A stretch of 27,293 bases of DNA from a virus (taxonomy: Duplodnaviria; Caudoviricetes). Within the stretch, counting starts at the first letter, position 1. Every line of letters begins with the position of its first letter. Shown one piece after another: positions 16,234 to 24,868 of the stretch. The stretch lies in the IMG/VR virus record IMGVR_UViG_3300031922_000065, positions 1-27,293 of that record; one strand, 5' to 3'. A model generated the notes under the pieces. The model searched no databases. It was not told the origin of the DNA and worked only from the letters and a program-made list of their open reading frames with translations. Position numbers and translations under genes: made by a program.

Positions 16234-17148
16234 TCAGAGCACCCAGGGTGAGACCACCACCTTGACGGCGCGGAAGTTCGGGTTGCTGCCGCCGCCGTTG
16301 AGCAGTTGCGCGTCGATCAGCGCCATGGCTGCGGCGCGCAGCGTGGGCGGCACCACCAGGTGCGTGGGCTTGACGCCCAGCGGGCGCCCGCCATCGGCCT
16401 GCACGCTCATCATCGACGCCATCGCGGTGTTGAAGTTGGCCGCATCCAGTGCGGCGCGCGAGCGGTGCGCCAGTTGCCAAAAGCCCAAGCCCGCATTGCA
16501 GCGGTAGCGGATGCCGTAGCGGTACTCGTCGCGCGTGAACACGCCTTCGTCGTTGCTGGTCGTCATGGCCTCCAGCTCGGGCACGGTGCGCTCTTGGAAG
16601 ATCAGCGGCTTGAGCGCGCGCGAGCAGTCCAGCAAGTACCAGGCCGGGCCGGGCGTGGCGCCGCCGCTTTGCACGTTCGAGACCAGCACGGGCGTGCCGC
16701 TGCCGTCCACGTTCGGGAACACCGGGTGATCCACATCAAAGAAATTTTGGCCATCGTAGCCCAGCGTGGTTTCGCCGGCTGCGAGCAAGCCAAACACCAG
16801 CTCGTCGGCGTGGGTGCGGGCGGCGCGGCCCATCTCGGCAAACAGCGGCGCATAGACGCCCACGTTGTCGTCCTCGATGTCGGTGCGCTGCACGCCCACG
16901 GTGCTCTCGAAGAGCCGGTTGTTGACCACGTAGCCTTGAGCGGCCATGTTGCGCAGCACGCGCGCCCCCACCCACTCACGCAGGCGCGGAAACTGGTTCA
17001 GCCAGCCGTAGGTGTTGCTGGCGTTGGAGCTGGGCACGCGGGTGGCAACTTCAGTCCAGTCGGTCGGGGTGCCAGCCAGCGCATCTTGGAAGCTCTTGCT
17101 AAAACCGGTGCGCAGGCTGGTGATCAGGGAAGGGGTGACGATAGGCAT
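16234..17148 (-). CDS. Mu-like major head subunit gpT
   Basis: YGWLNQFPRLREWVG, DIEDDNVGVY, YDGQNFFDVDHPV, KPLIFQER, PTHLVVPP. Confidence 0.95.
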   Translation of the reverse strand: MPIVTPSLITSLRTGFSKSFQDALAGTPTDWTEVATRVPSSNASNTYGWLNQFPRLREWVGARVLRNMAAQGYVVNNRLFESTVGVQRTDIEDDNVGVYAPLFAEMGRAARTHADELVFGLLAAGETTLGYDGQNFFDVDHPVFPNVDGSGTPVLVSNVQSGGATPGPAWYLLDCSRALKPLIFQERTVPELEAMTTSNDEGVFTRDEYRYGIRYRCNAGLGFWQLAHRSRAALDAANFNTAMASMMSVQADGGRPLGVKPTHLVVPPTLRAAAMALIDAQLLNGGGSNPNFRAVKVVVSPWVL

Positions 17149-17154
17149 TTGGGT

Positions 17155-17628
17155 TTACTCCTTGTGAGTGGCTTGCTTGTGGGCGGCGAAGTCTTTTTCT
17201 GCGATGCCCAGCATCTGGCAGACGTAGCGGTCCTCATCCGACAGCGCGCTGTGGCTGGCGGCGGGCGCGGCGGCGGGTGCGCCGGGCGACAGGATCACCG
17301 GGGCCTTGCTGCACCAGTCGGCAAAGCCTTGCGGGTCTTTGCTGGCGTAGCTGCGCGCCCAGTCTTGCATCGCCGGGCTCAGGCGGCCCGCGCTCATGGC
17401 GGTGCGCACGGCGGCCTCGGCCTGGTCTTGGGCCAGTTTGGCTTGCAGGCCCGCCAGGGTCTCGGCCACGACCTGGTGCTGGCTCATGGGCACCCAGGCG
17501 GCCGGGTCGGGCGCGCGCCGGGCGGCCTCCAGATCGGCCTTGAGCCGTCCGGCGTGCGCCACCAGGGCGGCGGCATCGCTCTCGGCGGGCAGGCCCAGCG
17601 CAGTGGCGATGGGTTCGAGTTCGGTCAT
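17155..17628 (-). CDS. Putative nested in-frame scaffold protein Z
   Basis: Internal ATG (MTELEPIATALGL) preceded by AAAGGA; Mu I/Z precedent. Confidence 0.65.
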   Translation of the reverse strand: MTELEPIATALGLPAESDAAALVAHAGRLKADLEAARRAPDPAAWVPMSQHQVVAETLAGLQAKLAQDQAEAAVRTAMSAGRLSPAMQDWARSYASKDPQGFADWCSKAPVILSPGAPAAAPAASHSALSDEDRYVCQMLGIAEKDFAAHKQATHKE

Positions 17629-18096
17629 GGGGATTCCTTTTTGGATATGCGCGACCGCGCGGAGGTGAAGGTTGGGGTAGTGCGTCAGCCCCGCCCCTTC
17701 CAAGGCGCGGATGCGCCCGGATTTGTCGTGCCGGAACACCGGCGAGAGGTAGCGGTATTCGCGGCTGCGGATCAGCTCGGCGGCGCGCTCGGTCCACTGC
17801 ACGCGCGCCCACAGCGCACTGGCGCGCGCCTGCAGCTCCTTGATCCAGCCTGCGGCAGGCACCGGCCCGGCCTTGTCGGCCGCATCCAGCGTCTGGTGCT
17901 CAAAGTCCACTGGCAAGTCGATGGCCCCGGCGGCAAAGGCGGCCAGCACTGCGTCGGCATCGAGCTCGTAGGGGCCGCGGCCGTCGCGGCCGCTGAAGCG
18001 CCCCGCCGGGATGATCTCGACCCACTCGGGCAGGCTCGCGTCGGCCTGCGCTTGAGCGGGTAGCAGGGTGATGATGTGGGTGGCTCGGTGCAGCAT
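17155..18096 (-). CDS. Mu-like prohead protease I
   Basis: IIPAGRF.GRDGRGP, DFEHQT, PAAGWI, YRYLSPVF, GLTHYPNL. Confidence 0.93.
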   Translation of the reverse strand: MLHRATHIITLLPAQAQADASLPEWVEIIPAGRFSGRDGRGPYELDADAVLAAFAAGAIDLPVDFEHQTLDAADKAGPVPAAGWIKELQARASALWARVQWTERAAELIRSREYRYLSPVFRHDKSGRIRALEGAGLTHYPNLHLRAVAHIQKGIPMTELEPIATALGLPAESDAAALVAHAGRLKADLEAARRAPDPAAWVPMSQHQVVAETLAGLQAKLAQDQAEAAVRTAMSAGRLSPAMQDWARSYASKDPQGFADWCSKAPVILSPGAPAAAPAASHSALSDEDRYVCQMLGIAEKDFAAHKQATHKE

Positions 18097-18103
18097 GGGC
18101 CAC

Positions 18104-18147
18104 AGTTTGGCGGCCCTTGCCGATGCCGTGGAGCTTGAAGCGCTTCA
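18104..18147 (-). promoter_or_regulatory. Putative activator-dependent late promoter (PI-like)
   Basis: Palindrome TGAAGCGCTTCA 18136-18147, -10-like CAAACT 18109-18104, ATG at 18096. Confidence 0.78.
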
Positions 18148-18298
18148 GATCAGCCCTGCCGATGCCCCTGCGGCGCGTTTTGACCCGTTGAATGGGGTTG
18201 AATAAAGACCCCCCTAGGGCTAGGTAGCCACCAGACCCGAAAAGCGCTCCTGGGCCGTTTTAAGGGCTCGGCACTTTGGGCGCTGCCCGGCGGGCCGT

Positions 18299-18763
18299 TT
18301 AGGCCGGGCCGAGGTGTTCGGCCAGCGCGTCGAGCAGGGCCGAGCGATCCGCCGCCGACACACCCAAGAATGGCCGCGCCGGAATGTCGCCCCAAGGTAT
18401 TTTATGCCCGCGCCGGGTGCGCCCAAAGGCCCCGGCCTTGGCCCCGAACTGCTGCGTGGCGGCGTAGATGCGGCTGCTGCCCACCTCTACCTGCTCGCGG
18501 CCCGCGCGGTAGTCGATGCCGCGCGACAGCTCGCGCGTCTCGCCAATGAGCGGCTTGCTGCCGCGCTTGCGCGCCAGGGTGCTGGGGCGGTTGGGGGCCC
18601 AGCGGCTGCCGTCGGGGGCCACGCCACGGCCAAAGCGGTCGATGGTGGACTGGCTCAGCAGCTCGCCCGCCTCGCGCATGAAGGGCCCCAGGTCGCCCAC
18701 CCGCTGCTGCAGCCGCCGCAGGGAGGCGCGCAGTTCGCGGTCATTGAGTTCGATGCGGATCAT
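18299..18763 (-). CDS. Virion morphogenesis protein (Mu gpG family)
   Basis: RF..GVAPDGSRWAP, YAATQQFG, IPARPFLGVS. Confidence 0.92.
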   Translation of the reverse strand: MIRIELNDRELRASLRRLQQRVGDLGPFMREAGELLSQSTIDRFGRGVAPDGSRWAPNRPSTLARKRGSKPLIGETRELSRGIDYRAGREQVEVGSSRIYAATQQFGAKAGAFGRTRRGHKIPWGDIPARPFLGVSAADRSALLDALAEHLGPA

Positions 18764-18823
18764 GGTAGGATTGCTCGCTTAGAGGCCGGTTGCATCCGAT
18801 CGTCGTGCTCATACCACGAAGCG

Positions 18824-20107
18824 TCACGGGCGTAGGGTTGGGGGACGGCCTCTGATCCACATAGACTGCAGCGCAAGCATCTGCCGCCCCGACCGCACCT
18901 CGAACACAGCCCAGTATTCGAGTTGGCCCATGCGCTTGATCACGCGCACCACGTGCCGCCCCACGCCCGATTGGCCGCCATACTCGATGCGGTCGGCACC
19001 ATCGATGATGCGCGGCAGGCGCCCAAAGTCCTGGAGACTCAAGCCGGCCTGGCCGGATCGCGCCTCTGCTGCATCGTCACCGTGATCTTTGAGCACTTTG
19101 CGCACGGTCGATGCGTCCAGCGTCCAATCATAAAGCCCATCCCCAAGCGCTCCCCCGGTGATGCGGGCAACCTCGTCGGCCTGCGCCGCAGTCAGCAGTC
19201 CCATGGTCTGATATGGCGCGGCGCCTTGGGCGCCCATGGCGCGCTGCGCGTAGCGGCGCACCGCCGCTTCGGTTTCTGGCTGGCGTCGTATCGCAATAGC
19301 CAGCGCATCGCGCGCCTTGTCCGGCACAGAGACCATGAACGCCTTTGCAATCTCATACGGCCAAGCGACCGTTTTGCCCGCCAGCGCCCGCACCGCATCC
19401 GTCACGCTGGCGCCGGGCGCATAGTCCCAGCCCTCGCCCACGCCGGGCAGGTTGCCGCTGGGGTCGCGCACGTTCCAGCCCGGTGGCGGCGCACCGTAGC
19501 CGGGGATGCCGCCCACACGCTGCGCCCCGGCCGGGCTGCTGGCCCCGGCCACGCGGCAGCCGCAGCCCCAGCCGTTGGGCGGGTAGTGGGTGCGCCAAAA
19601 GGCATCGTCGGCAGGCAGCGTAAGTCCGTTCCAAGCCAGGTGTTGCAGGCGCGGGTGCTCGGCACCCGAGTGCCGGTAAACCCAAAGCGGGAAATGCTGC
19701 AACTGCACCAGCCGGCCGGCGGCGTAGCTGGTGCGCAGATTGGTGGTGTAGATCACGCGCGTGCGCCAGGCGCGCCCGGCATCGGTGTCGCTGCCCGTCC
19801 AGCCCTGCCAACCCTGGCGCTGCACGATCTCGCCAAAGCGCCCCCGGAACTGCCCGATCGACTCGCCATCGACTATGGCCTTGTCCACCGCGCCGGCCAG
19901 GTCGGCCAGCAAGTCGGCGCGCGCCGCGCCCGCCACCATGAAGGCGCGGTCGTGCTGCTCGCGCTGCATGTCGCGCCACGTGGCCGTGGGCACCAACTGC
20001 CCCAGCTTGCCCCTAAAAAACGCCACCTGCTCGGCAAACGGGCGCTTGAGCACCGCCGCTATCTGCGGCTGCTGCCGTGGGTCGGCCACGTCAACTGCGT
20101 CGGCCAT
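18824..20107 (-). CDS. MuF/gp30 minor head protein with extra C-terminal domain (nuclease-like)
   Basis: PFAEQVAFFRGK, RAFMVAG, IYTTNLRTSYAAGR, FWRTHYPPNGWGCGC; about 190 aa extension. Confidence 0.88.
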   Translation of the reverse strand: MADAVDVADPRQQPQIAAVLKRPFAEQVAFFRGKLGQLVPTATWRDMQREQHDRAFMVAGAARADLLADLAGAVDKAIVDGESIGQFRGRFGEIVQRQGWQGWTGSDTDAGRAWRTRVIYTTNLRTSYAAGRLVQLQHFPLWVYRHSGAEHPRLQHLAWNGLTLPADDAFWRTHYPPNGWGCGCRVAGASSPAGAQRVGGIPGYGAPPPGWNVRDPSGNLPGVGEGWDYAPGASVTDAVRALAGKTVAWPYEIAKAFMVSVPDKARDALAIAIRRQPETEAAVRRYAQRAMGAQGAAPYQTMGLLTAAQADEVARITGGALGDGLYDWTLDASTVRKVLKDHGDDAAEARSGQAGLSLQDFGRLPRIIDGADRIEYGGQSGVGRHVVRVIKRMGQLEYWAVFEVRSGRQMLALQSMWIRGRPPTLRP

Positions 20108-21704
20108 CACCGGGCTCCGCTGGCAGGCCCTGGGCCGCCTCACCCGATTCGGCCTGCACAGCAAAGCGCCCGGCCAGATCGGCGGCGGCAAAGCCCAGCG
20201 CCATGGCCTCGGTCAAGCGCCGCTGGGGCAGGTCGCCATAGGCCTGCAGCAGCGCATCGCGCAGCTCGGGCAGGCTTTGCGCGCGCTCGACCATGCCCGC
20301 CACGCTGGCCATGATCTCGGCCCAGCCCGGCTCACACTCCAGCGCGAGCCGATCGGCCTGCATTTCTGGCAGGTCGGGCGCCACCGGCGGCGCCGCCCCT
20401 TCGGCCGCGCCCGCAATGAAATTTGTCGCATGCAATGCGCGCACGCGCTGCGCCGCCAGCGGCTCGGGCGGCGCCGGCGCACCCTTGGGCACACCGCCCA
20501 GCAGCGGCTCGTCGGCCTCTGGTTCGGGGATGCCGAACTGCGCGCGCACCCACGCCTGCGGAATGGCCGCGCCCACCTCGGCCAGCCGCGCCACCTGCTC
20601 GGCCAGCGCCGCCATGTCGCGCGGCTCGGCCAGCAGCAGCCGCAGCTTGGGCAGCGGGGCCGCCTCGCCCAGGTTGAGCCGCACCAGCGGCGCGACCAGA
20701 TCGCGCTCCAGCGTGGCAGCCAGCGCCAGCGCGTCGGCGCGCACCAGGTCGCGCCGCACGCCTTCGTGCACCTGCGCCTGCGACAGGCTGGCCCCGTCGT
20801 CGGTGGTCATGGTCTGGCCCAGCACAGCCTTCGATATTTGCTTGTCGAGGTAATCGATGAGCTTGTGATACAGGTCGGCCGATGCCGCCTTGGAGCCGGA
20901 CTCGACCAGCTCCAGCGCCATCTCCTGCGGTATCACGGCGGCAGCATCCGATCCCAGCTCGAAAGCGGCGCGCTTGAGCACCGCTACATCCTCGGGGCTG
21001 GCCCCGGCGTGGTATTTACCGAGCCGGATTGGCTGGCCGAATAGCTCGCAAAAGCGCGCCCAGTCGCGCAGCGCATAGCTCTTGAACACCCAGGCCCAGA
21101 GCGCGCTGCGCGCCAGCCCGCCTTGCAGCGCCACGCCGCCGGCCAAGGGCGGCGCGTGCACGATCATTTTGCATGGCGACAGCACCATCCCCTCCGGGCT
21201 GCCATCAACCAGGCGCAGCAGGCGGCCCGTGTCACGGTCCCAGGTGAACCAGTGCGCCTCGCGCACCAGCACCTGCGCCGGCAGCCAGCTCGGCCCCTGC
21301 GTATCCCAGACGATTTCGGCTACGGCATAACCCTTGGCCACAGCATCCATTAGGTGCGCCACCAGCTCGGGTAGGTTCAGCCGCCCCAGCGCCTCGCGCA
21401 CCAGCTCCGCAGCCCGCTGTGCCAGCGCCGATTCGTCGTGCGCCTGCACATCGACCGGCAGCCCTGCCACCGCCATGGTGCGCGACTGCAGCACGGCGCG
21501 GTAGTGCAGGTCTTTTTCGCGGATGTCGTCGGCAGCCAGCAAAAAATCGTGCCCGTCGCCCATGGCGGCGCGGCGCAAAATATCGGCCACCCCGGACGGC
21601 GTGAGGCTGGCCAGCGGCCGCCACTGCCAGACGCTGCGCAGCCCGGTCTGTGCCGGGCGCGCAATCTCGCTGCGTAAATCGGTCTTGAAGTCGCGCATGT
21701 GCAT
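20091..21704 (-). CDS. Portal protein (Mu gp29/DUF935); start uncertain within 21698-21719
   Basis: EKDLHY..VLQSR, DAVAKGYAVAEIVW, FCELFGQPIRLGKY, ISKAVLGQTMT. Confidence 0.93.
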   Translation of the reverse strand: MHMRDFKTDLRSEIARPAQTGLRSVWQWRPLASLTPSGVADILRRAAMGDGHDFLLAADDIREKDLHYRAVLQSRTMAVAGLPVDVQAHDESALAQRAAELVREALGRLNLPELVAHLMDAVAKGYAVAEIVWDTQGPSWLPAQVLVREAHWFTWDRDTGRLLRLVDGSPEGMVLSPCKMIVHAPPLAGGVALQGGLARSALWAWVFKSYALRDWARFCELFGQPIRLGKYHAGASPEDVAVLKRAAFELGSDAAAVIPQEMALELVESGSKAASADLYHKLIDYLDKQISKAVLGQTMTTDDGASLSQAQVHEGVRRDLVRADALALAATLERDLVAPLVRLNLGEAAPLPKLRLLLAEPRDMAALAEQVARLAEVGAAIPQAWVRAQFGIPEPEADEPLLGGVPKGAPAPPEPLAAQRVRALHATNFIAGAAEGAAPPVAPDLPEMQADRLALECEPGWAEIMASVAGMVERAQSLPELRDALLQAYGDLPQRRLTEAMALGFAAADLAGRFAVQAESGEAAQGLPAEPGDGRRS

Positions 21705-23068
21705 CACCATCCTTGCCATTCGGCGGCGCGCGGTGCGCCGCCTGGTTCAACTTCATCGCGGCGGCCGAAGCTGCGCCGCGCCAGGCTCTCGTAGGCATAC
21801 ACCGGCACCCCGGCATCGGCCGCAGCGCAACCCAGCGCCAGCGCCCAAAAGCGGTCGGCGTGACCGCTGGCGGCATCGCGCGCGGCCAGCAGGCGCGGCA
21901 CGCCACCGGTGCCCGGCTCCATCTTCACGGCGCGCAGGTCGTCGATCAGTGCCGGGTGCAGCTCGCTGGGCAGCCCCAGCCGCAGCGTGCGCGCCTGCAG
22001 CCGGTCTTTGAGCGCAACCGCCAGGTCGAGCTTGCGCGCCGCCGTAAACAGCACCCCGTGCACGCGGTAGCCGCCGTGGCGGCGCTGCGCTTCCTGCACC
22101 GGCATTTCGCCCATGCCGGTCTGGTCGATGCAGCAGCGCACCACCCGGTACTGGCGCATCACCCGGTCCAGCTCGGCCAGCTGGGCCGCAAAGCTCTCGC
22201 CGCGCAGCACGCGCAGCTCACGCAGCGCCAGCACCCCCGCGCCAACGTCTTCCAGCGCCGCGATCACGGTCAAGTCGCCGCGCGCAGCAATATCCATGCC
22301 CACATACACGGGCCGTCCGTCAAAAGGCGGCAGCTCCGGGGCTTCGAGGGCGCGCAAAATCTCGTCGTAACTCAGCCACTCGCGCGCCGCCGTGTCCAAA
22401 AACGCGCACTCGAACTCCTGCGCCCAGGTGTCGGGGTCGCGCGCGGCGCGGCGCAGCTCGCCGATGTCGCGCTCCAGCCCGTCGGCCACGGCATCGTGGA
22501 TCGTCACCGTGTGGCGCGAAAACAGCCCACCCAGCCCGTCGCCCATGATCTCGTGAAACATGTCGCCCACACCGTTCGGGGTCGAAATCACGCGCAGCTT
22601 GAGCCCCGGCTTGGATACCACCGGCACCAGCGCGCGCCACAGCGCGCGGTTGTCCTTGTGGTGCGCGAACTCGTCCAAAATCAGGTTGTCGCTCATGCCG
22701 CGCGCGGTTTCCGGCTTGGCCGCAATGGCCCGGATGTAGCTGCCGCCCGGCAGCCGCACCATGTGCGCCATCTCCTCGGCCGCAAAAGGCACTTCGAGCA
22801 AGTCAAAAGCCGCCCCGACGGCGCGCATGTGCAGCGCGGCGCCGTTGCGTATCGCGTCCAGCGCCCGGTCGCGCGAGATTGACAAGATCGTCCAGCGCGC
22901 CACCCGCCCCTGCGCCTCGGCGGCCAGCACATCGAGCACCGCCTCCAGCGTGGTGCAAAAGGTTTTGCCGGTCTGGCGGCTCCAGCAGGCCGCCTTCCAG
23001 CGGCTCTCGTCTGCGAGGTAGCGGCGCTGGTAGGCGTAGAGTACGGGCGACTCGGCTTTAGCCACCAT
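21704..23068 (-). CDS. Terminase large subunit (Mu gp28-like)
   Basis: Walker A SRQTGKT, Walker B LILDEFAH, ISTPNG, nuclease GMDIA, IDQTGMG, HADRFWA. Confidence 0.95.
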   Translation of the reverse strand: MVAKAESPVLYAYQRRYLADESRWKAACWSRQTGKTFCTTLEAVLDVLAAEAQGRVARWTILSISRDRALDAIRNGAALHMRAVGAAFDLLEVPFAAEEMAHMVRLPGGSYIRAIAAKPETARGMSDNLILDEFAHHKDNRALWRALVPVVSKPGLKLRVISTPNGVGDMFHEIMGDGLGGLFSRHTVTIHDAVADGLERDIGELRRAARDPDTWAQEFECAFLDTAAREWLSYDEILRALEAPELPPFDGRPVYVGMDIAARGDLTVIAALEDVGAGVLALRELRVLRGESFAAQLAELDRVMRQYRVVRCCIDQTGMGEMPVQEAQRRHGGYRVHGVLFTAARKLDLAVALKDRLQARTLRLGLPSELHPALIDDLRAVKMEPGTGGVPRLLAARDAASGHADRFWALALGCAAADAGVPVYAYESLARRSFGRRDEVEPGGAPRAAEWQGW

Positions 23069-23585
23069 ACAAGCCTTCGCGGATCACCCGCAGCGTATCG
23101 GCATCGAGCCGCTGCCCCTGTTTGGTGGCACTGCGCTCGAGCGCGTCCAGGCGCTCGCGCACCTCGTCGGCCCAGCGTTTTTGCCCAATGCTGGCCCGGC
23201 TCGCCTCGGCAATCGCGCGCGCCGCCTGGCTCAACACTTTCACCTGGTCGGCGGGGTCGGCGTCTTGCGCCTCGGTCACCCGCGTGATGGCCTCAAACAG
23301 GCTGGACTGCACCATGCGCAACACCGCCGCGCTGTGCTCGTCAGCCTCGTCGGGCGAGGCCTGCACGATCAGCCGTGCCGCATCGGTGCTGGCCCGAATG
23401 CGCGCCATCACCGCCTGCAGCCGCTGGTCGTAGCGGTGCACGCTGCTCTTGCCGATGGCGTAGCCCTGCTCCAGCAGCCACGCCTCCAGCGCCGCATAGC
23501 CGCCGTGGGCCTTGCCCGCCAGCACGCTCTCCAGCTCGTGCTTGAGTGCGGTCGGCAGGGCGTCGATTTTTTGGCGTCTGGGCAT
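23058..23585 (-). CDS. Mu gp27-like DUF3486 protein, probable terminase small subunit
   Basis: MPRRQKIDALP...WL..QGY.IGKSSVHRY; directly upstream of TerL. Confidence 0.85.
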   Translation of the reverse strand: MPRRQKIDALPTALKHELESVLAGKAHGGYAALEAWLLEQGYAIGKSSVHRYDQRLQAVMARIRASTDAARLIVQASPDEADEHSAAVLRMVQSSLFEAITRVTEAQDADPADQVKVLSQAARAIAEASRASIGQKRWADEVRERLDALERSATKQGQRLDADTLRVIREGLYGG

Positions 23586-23592
23586 CACGCAC

Positions 23593-23916
23593 TCACCACC
23601 GTGGCGGCCGGGCCAGCCCCGCCGGGGCCTCGGCACGGTAGTCGTACACGTCCTCGCCCTGGGCCGCCAGCTTGGCCCACCACTGCGGGCCTTCGCGGCC
23701 CACAGTCACCAGGTGGCGCGCCTCCAGCCAGCCGATCTCGCGCCGCACCATGTCGGCGCTGGCGCGCAGCGGCACATCGGCGGCCACACGCAGCAGCAGC
23801 ATCTCGTCGGCCCCGTAGGGGCGCGCGTGCCACAGCGCCGTCAGCAGCACCCAGCGCAGGCTCTCGCGCTCGGCGCGGGCAATGTCAATCGCGGCGTCTA
23901 GCCGTCGTTCAGTCAT
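23593..23916 (-). CDS. Mu gp26-like hypothetical (winged-helix-like) protein
   Basis: RESLRWVLL, RREIGWLEARHLV, AKL...GED, GLARP; synteny. Confidence 0.75.
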   Translation of the reverse strand: MTERRLDAAIDIARAERESLRWVLLTALWHARPYGADEMLLLRVAADVPLRASADMVRREIGWLEARHLVTVGREGPQWWAKLAAQGEDVYDYRAEAPAGLARPPRW

Positions 23917-24235
23917 GGCGTTTCTCCCCGCGCATCAGCACCAAAATTTCATACAGCCGATCCAGCTTGCTGTTGATCGCCGTGTAGTCGCGGATCGCAT
24001 CCTCGCGCCGCTGGTAGTACAGCGGCATGTCGGCGATCAACCGTTTCAGGTCGTTGTCCACCTGCGCCACTTTTTGCGTCAGGTCTTCCATGCGACCCAG
24101 GCGGTCGTCGATGTCCTTCATGATGCGCTGCACCATCCAGCGCATCATGCCCACGATCACCCCGATCACCAGCCCCACCAAGGTCAAGCCGATGGCCAAA
24201 AGGCGCACATAAGATGCGGCCACATCACCTTCCAT
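23909..24235 (-). CDS. Membrane-anchored coiled-coil protein (Mu gp25 position)
   Basis: N-terminal hydrophobic helix, then coiled coil and LPxxYxRREDxIR-like motif. Confidence 0.75.
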   Translation of the reverse strand: MEGDVAASYVRLLAIGLTLVGLVIGVIVGMMRWMVQRIMKDIDDRLGRMEDLTQKVAQVDNDLKRLIADMPLYYQRREDAIRDYTAINSKLDRLYEILVLMRGEKRHD

Positions 24236-24812
24236 GCGTCACCTCGTCCCACTCGCGGACGGCTGCAAGCCGGGCCTGGCACTCGGCGTAGAGGCCGATG
24301 GCGTCTGCAATCCAGTGCCCGACGGCGCGCTCGCTGGCCGCACCAGCGGCACTGGCTGGGCCGGCCCCGGCAGGTCCGCCGGAATCGGTTGCAGCGCTGG
24401 CAGTGGCACCAGCAGCGCCGCTGGCAGCCTCGGGCAAGGCAGCGGGTTGCTGCTGGGTGGCGATGGCGTCGTTGAGCAGCCCGCGAGCGCGAGCAGACAG
24501 GCCGCCGCCGCGGTCATCAAGGGTATTGAGTGCATTTTTTAGCCTCCGGTTGGCAGCCGCCAGGCGGCTGCGTGTCGCATCCAGTGTGTGCGCCGCCTGG
24601 CGCTCGGCCTGCTGCGCCACCGCCAGCCGCTGTGCCGCTTGCTGCGCCGCCGCCTCGCGGTAGGCGGCGTGTGCCGCCTGCACCTGCGCCAGCTCGGCCT
24701 CGGCCTGCACGCCCTTGAGCGCATAGCCCGCAGCAAAGCCGCCGCCCAGGCTCAGCAGCGCCGCGCCCGCCAGCAGCGGCCAGGCGCTGCTGGCACCCAT
24801 AAGCAAGCGCAT
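24225..24812 (-). CDS. Rz-like inner-membrane spanin
   Basis: N-terminal TM segment, Ala/Gln coiled coil, follows endolysin, contains a nested lipoprotein ORF. Confidence 0.75.
   Translation of the reverse strand: MRLLMGASSAWPLLAGAALLSLGGGFAAGYALKGVQAEAELAQVQAAHAAYREAAAQQAAQRLAVAQQAERQAAHTLDATRSRLAAANRRLKNALNTLDDRGGGLSARARGLLNDAIATQQQPAALPEAASGAAGATASAATDSGGPAGAGPASAAGAASERAVGHWIADAIGLYAECQARLAAVREWDEVTHGR
24239..24535 (-). CDS. Rz1-like outer-membrane lipoprotein spanin embedded in Rz
   Basis: Lipobox LLALAG-C followed by Pro-rich mature part, nested in the +1 frame. Confidence 0.72.
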   Translation of the reverse strand: MHSIPLMTAAAACLLALAGCSTTPSPPSSNPLPCPRLPAALLVPLPALQPIPADLPGPAQPVPLVRPASAPSGTGLQTPSASTPSARPGLQPSASGTR

Positions 24813-24868
24813 CACCACCAGCCCCCGCACCAGATGCGCCAGAGCACCATGGGCCAGAGCAGCCACAT
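24812..24868 (-). CDS. Putative 18-aa Trp-rich peptide MWLLWPMVLWRIWCGGWW
   Basis: TGATG overlaps with both the endolysin stop and the Rz start. Confidence 0.5.
   Translation of the reverse strand: MWLLWPMVLWRIWCGGWW

Noticed and set aside
18148-18298. Small ORFs and short ggccgttt repeats in the gpG-protease gap
   Set aside because: No convincing coding signal or structure beyond the late promoter.
7598-22882. Long plus-strand ORFs (e.g. 7598-9094, 12855-14789, 16306-18063, 18923-20314)
   Set aside because: Antisense shadows of real genes, expected from high-GC codon bias; no recognisable motifs.
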